This document shows, piece by piece, positions 57,583 through 64,000 of a stretch of DNA of 64,000 nucleotides. The stretch lies in assembly GCF_009914755.1 (NCBI RefSeq), contig NC_060927.1, one strand, 5' to 3'. The notes under the pieces were generated by a model that was given only the letters and a program-made list of their open reading frames with translations, made no database searches and was not told the DNA's origin. Position 1 is the first letter of the stretch; every line of letters begins with the position of its first letter. The DNA is from the human T2T-CHM13v2.0 reference genome, Homo sapiens. A program made the translations under genes and the position numbers.

Positions 57583-60413
57583 GAAAAGCTTCTTGACACG
57601 GTGATTCACAGGCTGGTAGTCTCATGTAGGTGTACGTACATATTTGGCCAGTGAAGGTGAACAAATGCCTTGTACTTATTCTCTTCTGCATGTTCAGATT
57701 AATCAGTTTTCAGTTACACTGAGGGAAATTAAAGTATTCTGATTTCTTGGTCATTTAATCTATATATTTTTGAACATGTAAGTAATTTTAAAGCTTACAC
57801 GGCACTTTTTGGCAATGCCATAAATTGTCTTGTTTGCTTACAAGGCGATAAAACGTTTGGAATGTAAGCAACGTAAGGAAGGGATCATGCCTTCCATTCA
57901 AACAATCCCAAACAAGAAACAAGAAATGCTTGTAAGTCTTAGAAAGATAACACTACTGCACTAAGATAAAAGAAGGCAGAGTAGTATAAATTTCCTAAAA
58001 TCATACTTCTTTTGGGTCCTCTTAGAGGCCAAGTCTGTAAGTTTGATGGGCTATACCTCTGAACAGGTGTGGCCCAGGCAAGAGGCAATTCTTCCCCAGG
58101 AGGAAATGCTGACAGAAATAAGTTTGTGCGCTGGAGAGGAAGGGAAGCGATGGCAGCCACAGGCCTTGCATTCTAGTGGTTAGCTGGGGCAGCTGCAAGA
58201 CTCTAAGGTTAAATGGAGATTAAAAAAAAAAAAACAACAACAACAATAATGCACAGTTCCACAACATTTCATGGTTTTTCAGAGTGCTTCCACCAATGAG
58301 GTTTCATACACATATGCACTTATAAACAATGCAGTATGTGTTTCCATATTCTATGTTCCCCTTTATTTTTCTCATTTTGCCATAGTCTGACAAGAACTTT
58401 GTCTCTATCACTAGTGCTTAAATGGTATTTGGGAACCACTCTTCTCCTCTCTCAAGGGAAGACCTGGGAACGATGGACAGAGGTGGGAAGATGCAAACAT
58501 TAATCATCTCATAACCACACACAAAAATACAACACAACATGAACAAGGGACACTCGGGGGCAGAGAGGAAAGTTTACACTGGGAAGAAAAAAAGGCACGT
58601 GGGACTTCCACTAAGAGCACATGGAGCAACAGTTCTCAGTGATGGGGTGGTAACCTGGAGCACATGCTGGAGGAGGCCTGAACACTGCTTTAAGAATTTT
58701 TGGCAGGGAACCAGGTAAACCGAATTAGGACCTGGGGCCAGGTGCAGCAAGAGGAAGAGTCCTGTCAGTCCAGCAGATCTGAAGGGGATGACTGGTGGGA
58801 TGAGGAGCAGTTGCTGAGTTTAGGCAGCACTCAGCCAGGGCAACCTCCTCTGTCTTAGCACCATTTCTCCTTTCCTCTTGCCTCTTTCTTCTCTTTCTAC
58901 TCTTGATTCCTCTTGGATCTCAGGATTTCTCTCCTGTACCTTAACTGATCATAATATAAAATTGAAAAGGAATCAGTAAACACTGGTTAAAATTTTATGT
59001 TTAATCTTCTGAATTTTTAAAAAAGAAGCCAAGGTGAACTTTTCTCTTTTAATCCCTCAAAGATTCCTAGTATTGGACATAATAAAACAAAGTGGTATTA
59101 GTCTAGACATCCTGTTATATGAGAAGCCTGGATGAATATCTTTTTCTTGCCCAATGTCTTAATATTCAAGGTCACTATTTTCTCTGCTGCTCTCTTTCTG
59201 ACAAGACAGCCAAGGGTCTTGATTAGGATGAGAAACCAAAGAACAAAAAGATCAAGCCAGTTAAAGTGCATGTTATTAGAAATGTTGCCAGTGACCTTAA
59301 AGAGCAACATCCTTTTCTGTTTTCCTGGTATAAGCACAAATTTTATCATCAGCTCTGAAAAGCTTACAAAATCAGTAAGAACAAGAAAGCAGACCTAGTC
59401 GAGGGAACTGTGTGTGTGAGAGCACAGCTCATGATTTCTGCACAGGATCTCCAGTGATGGGGTGTGTCTGTTCAGTCTGCCATATGTCCATCCTCCCATG
59501 GGGTTCCCCATAGGGATAAAACCACACATTTGCAAGACACCTGGCTGAGAAGCAGCTCTGAACCAGGGTTTTAATTTGGGAACTACTTACTGGTCCATAA
59601 TGAGACTAAATACAGGGTCTTGGCCTAATTTGTATCAGACTCTTAAATATTGCAGTTGTTTATGCAGCGGAATGCTGTGATAAAACGGCTACAACAAGCA
59701 GCATTCACCAATTACACCACATGCAGCACCACAATAATCAACTACACCGTAAGCAGCACCACAATAAACGCTACTTATATCTAATTAACAACAAGATGCC
59801 CGAAGTTTACAATGAAAAGCAAACTAAAATATTAAGAAACTCTATCCAAATGCATTTTATTCAGCTGAGCTCTTTACATCTTTTTCCTCCTCTTTTATTG
59901 TTAAATTTAATTAAGATACTGAATTCTTAAGAAGGAAGAGGCCAGAAGGAGAGACTGTAAAATTTACAAAAATGTTTGGAGGGTGTTAAGTGGATTCCGA
60001 TAGACACTATGGGGTATTCCTGTGAGGTAGGCACTGGGGAGATGCCTGAAGAGAAAGTTACAGGGGCAGTCCAGATTCCCTCAATGTGCAGAGGGAGAGA
60101 GGAGAAAATATTCTTACAAAAGATTGCACAAATCTAAGTCCACCATTCCTGGAAAGCCAAATGCCTTCTTAATTCAAAATTTCAGGTGAGAACCAAAGAG
60201 ATGGATTCTATTACCCTGCTTTTGTTATCTTCTAACCAAATGTCTCCAGTGCCATGATCCATTTTTGCTTTAAACCACCCTTTCTTATCCTGCTTAAATT
60301 TTTCTGAACATTTCTGTGGAAGGCATGTCAAAGTCAATACTGCTGAGGTTTGTTTAAGGTTAGTGTGTGTGACAGACCAATCTGATCAGTCTCTGGGATT
60401 CAATCCTTACTAC

Positions 60414-60482
60414 CTCCTCTTCTGCCTCTTCCTGGTACTGTTCATCAACATTGTCCTCCTGCTGGTCTGGATTTCCTGCCAT
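60414..60482 (-). CDS. GOLIM4: GOLIM4 coding exon (probably 14), 69 nt, MAGNPDQQEDNVDEQYQEEAEEE
   Basis: tttccaacag|ATG GCA GGA...GAG GAG|gtagtaagg. 23 codons, phase 0/0. Confidence 0.92.
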
Positions 60483-60815
60483 CTGTTGGAAACAAAAGGG
60501 CAGGTTCATGTTACTGTACATCAGAGATGCCTTTTACACAGTACTCTGGGACAAAGAACAAGCATGCCACCATGAAAAGGGCACTTTCAAAGCGTCTGTG
60601 GCCAGGAAATGATGAGTAATCATTCCCAATACAAAGCCCAGGATGTCCGTTACCCTCTCTCTCAGAGTACAGGCATATCATGTCATAAAGTGGCCTAAAA
60701 ACCACCGAAGTGGCAAACCTTCCGTCAATGTGGAATATGACTAACCTTTTACATAAACCAGATGTTTCTTAAAATAGCCCAGTTAAATCCACCCTTCCTC
60801 GTGGCATCTGCTTAC

Positions 60816-60983
60816 CACCAAATGTTCCTCCACTTCTGTATTCTCTTGCTTTTGATTACTTTGTTTTTGCTCTTCATTTTCATCTGGCAAATTTTCTTCT
60901 CTCACTTGCTCGGCTTCTTCAAATTCATCCTCACCTTGATTATTAGGGTCATCTGCTGGGTTTATATCTTCTACAGCTGCCCT
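60816..60983 (-). CDS. GOLIM4: GOLIM4 coding exon (probably 13), 168 nt, RAAVEDINPADD...EVEEHLV
   Basis: ttttacag|AGG GCA GCT...TTG GTG|gtaagc. 56 codons, phase 0/0. Lies inside track ORF 60783..61007. Confidence 0.93.
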
Positions 60984-63615
60984 CTGTAAAATTTTAATAA
61001 AAAGCAACTATCACTTCAAAACTGAGGATCAAGTTTAATTTCATTTGAAAAGGCTGCCCACTGGCAGAAAATGAAATTGTCCTTCCCTCAATTGTTCAGA
61101 TCTATCCTTGCCAAGACTCACAAGAATCAAGCATCACACTGTCAAAAGAGAAAACTCCTGCTTTACTTGTCAGAGGCTTGATGAATCAGAATGAGGTTCA
61201 AATAGCACTTCTTTCCTGCAAGTGATTTCAAAATAGTTCTCAAAACTCTACTGACACAAGTAATGTGAACAGAACTGAATAAACAAGAAAATAATTAATA
61301 AAAGTCAGAGGACCAAGTGACAAAAAAAATACTAATTTAGGTGGGGGATTTAGATGGGCAATTAACTCTTTTTGCTATGTTGATTTTTATAGTAACTTCC
61401 CTGTGCAAGCAATTTTTAACATGTCAGCAGGTGAAAAGTTGTTGATGGGAAAGAAGGCCCATACCAGAAAGGACCCATAAAAAGGATACGAAAAGGAGAC
61501 AAGAAAAAGGCTAATTCAAAAGGAAATGGTCATTTTCTAGTATGGATCCAATTTCTTTATTAACAATCATTCCCATGAAACAGAGAGATGCTGAACTGGC
61601 GAGGGATGGGAGTTAAAAAGGGCTGAGCTACCCAACTGCCCAATAGGGCAATATATTATGAAAAATGTCCTCCCAACTCATCTCCCAAATTACTGTGCTC
61701 AACAAAGGCCCTTCATATTATCAACTTTAGAATTATTTCAATTTTCCACTTAAGCTCCCAAAGCACCTTCCAAATAATACACATCCTAATAAAGATTTAG
61801 ATTTTAGAGCCTGAGATGGAGAGGAACAGTGATGCTTGTCATGAGCTTCCCCAATCACTCGCAGGTCATCAATAGGACACTTACTAAGCTGTAAATGCTT
61901 CTAAGAGACAGTAAAGCCACAGAGTAGGATTTGGTCTCTATCAGTATTCTCCAGACAAGATTCTACTTCAATTCACTTAGGAGTCTTGAACATGTTTGAG
62001 AGTTCACTGCCATCTCAGCTGATCTATTATCTGCACATCCCTGGCCATGAATGTTACTCCAGTGCAAATGACACTATTCTTGGGAACGTAGAGACTACCA
62101 AATTACCACCTTCACACTAAACTCTAATTACTCCACAATCTCTTGTCATATGGATTTTCTTTAGTGCACTATCAAAAATTTGTATGGAATTACAGGAAAA
62201 ATGTAACATATTCTTTTCAGAAAAAAGTACCAAATATCTTTTGCAAACGTTCATAAAATTGACTAGCTCAACTCCGACCACGTAACAGGTATGAATTAGC
62301 AGGCACAGTTGTTACGTTCAAATAAAACAGAAAGAGAGGAACAAGTGGGATTAACCATTTCTAATTAAAAGGAAGAATGGTACAAAGGCCAATGTTTCCC
62401 AGCATGTTCCCCAAAACAAACAAACAGATGACAGGAAAGTAAAGGATCATATAGTCAAGAAATCAAAGCCTACAGCAGTTCCCAAACAAGTGACTGAAAT
62501 GCCCTTCCTCCCACCCCATGCACATTTGCAGGCCTTTGTACACTTGCTTTCTTGCTCTCTCCTGGATAGTCTCTTGCTCTCTCATATGTTTCTGCTCTCA
62601 AGTATTAGCCTTTTCCTGAAAATATTTCAGGACTAGGTTCCCTGGAGCATATTTTCAGAAATCTTGATGCAAGGAATGCCAGGGAAAGGTGTTCTGCCAC
62701 ATCTCAGTGCAAGTTAAGTGGAAAAGCTGTTTCCAGCAAAAGGGCTTTAAGTAGCTAGCAGGATGACTTTCTTGATGATTAGCAAGGACATGGGTCCTCC
62801 TTTTAATCAGGGCTCATGTGACATAGCACAGACCGACTGTTATAAACATGGTAGTTGATCTATTAGCAAGAGATGACAGGGCAGCTAAAATAAGCTGTAA
62901 AAATCATCTACGCATACACGCAGGAACAGACTCACTAAACATTTGCTTGCTTCACTTGTAGGCAGGGCCAAGGATCTAGCCCACCCAGCTGAACTAGAGG
63001 TCTCAGTCTTTTTTGGTAAACACAAACAACAATGCTGGTTATTAGATGTCTACCTACTTATATTATAAATTTTCTGTACCATTGCATACCTGAACAACTC
63101 TTCATGTCTCAGACCACATATCCTTATCCATATATTTATTAAAATGGTCACTAGACTGCTAAGAGATTACAGAGAGTCACACAAATACCTAACACTCTAG
63201 CAGACTGCTCAACATGCTCAGGAAGGGTTAGTTTCCTTTCTCTGGTCCCATCTCCAACTTCCACACTTGCCTTTTATTCCTCCTAGCTTTCAGAGTTACT
63301 ACATATTTCAGTGTCTCTCAGTTTTGCTTTTCTAGGTTTTAGTTTTATTAATCTAAAAGTCATCAGAAAAAAAAAATCCTGGTTTTGTTTTTTTTTTTCC
63401 CCCAGAGCAACTTTTAAACCAGCTCATCACATACACGTACACCATGGTTTACAGTTAAAAACACTGCCCATATATAATTATGCAAGCCATTTTCCTTCTA
63501 GGCTGAGGATATAACAGAAATATCTGGGGCTGAAGGCTGGCATCAGGCAAGTTTTCAACTCTCTTTCCCACCTTATGAGTTTACATGTGTCAGGGGCAGA
63601 AGAGAGGATACTTAC

Positions 63616-63725
63616 ATCTGCCTCAGATTCTGGGTCGGCTTCTCGGGGTCCTTGTTCACGAGGCTCATGTCTATTACCTGGATCTCCTTCTGCTTCATCT
63701 TGGTGCTGGTTGTCTCTTTCATAGG
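63616..63725 (-). CDS. GOLIM4: GOLIM4 coding exon (probably exon 12), 110 nt, (A)YERDNQHQDEAEGDPGNRHEPREQGPREADPESEAD
   Basis: Minus strand tttgatttgctag|CC TAT...GCA GAT|gtaagt. Phase 1 start, phase 0 end. Acidic peptide joins in frame to the next exon. Upstream exons lie outside the window. Confidence 0.93.
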
Positions 63726-64000
63726 CTAGCAAATCAAAGGAACTAAAATCAGCCCAAAATGAATCAAACAGGATTTCCCTTTCAACTCAAAGAAAAGCCA
63801 CCAGTGGACTTTTCTACAGACTACAATACCTCCACCTCTGTTAACTCAACATAAGGCCTATGTCCTGGCTTTTCTGAATAAGGTTATGTTCTCTTCACAG
63901 ACTGTGTGTCTAGAGAGATGATATGGGTCAGACACTTTTCTTCTAAAATAAATATTTTTCACAGGAGCTGTAATTTTTCCCCCATATGCAAGAAAACAAC

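Overview
Primate (very probably human, chr3q26 by gene recognition) genomic DNA, AT-rich and repeat-dense. The right third holds the last five coding exons and 3' UTR of GOLIM4 (GPP130) on the minus strand. The exons were reconstructed from GT/AG boundaries and the acidic C-terminus ending ...AVAEKSHRRAEM*; numbering them 12-16 is from recall. A full-length, retrotransposition-dead L1PA2-like element with a 13-bp TSD sits antisense in the intron, about 200 bp upstream of the penultimate exon's acceptor. Its antisense promoter and an intact ORF0 therefore point into the last two GOLIM4 exons, and its antisense poly(A) signal faces the upstream gene: a 'gene-breaking' layout with specific, testable chimeric reading frames. 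The left ~44 kb is intergenic: two ORF1-less L1MA elements, an L1MA 3' end, Alus, MLT/LTR40/ERVL relics, DNA transposon fossils, L2 and MIR. Almost all short ORFs in the track are spurious or repeat-derived. Repeat subfamily calls are from recalled consensus features, not from a search.
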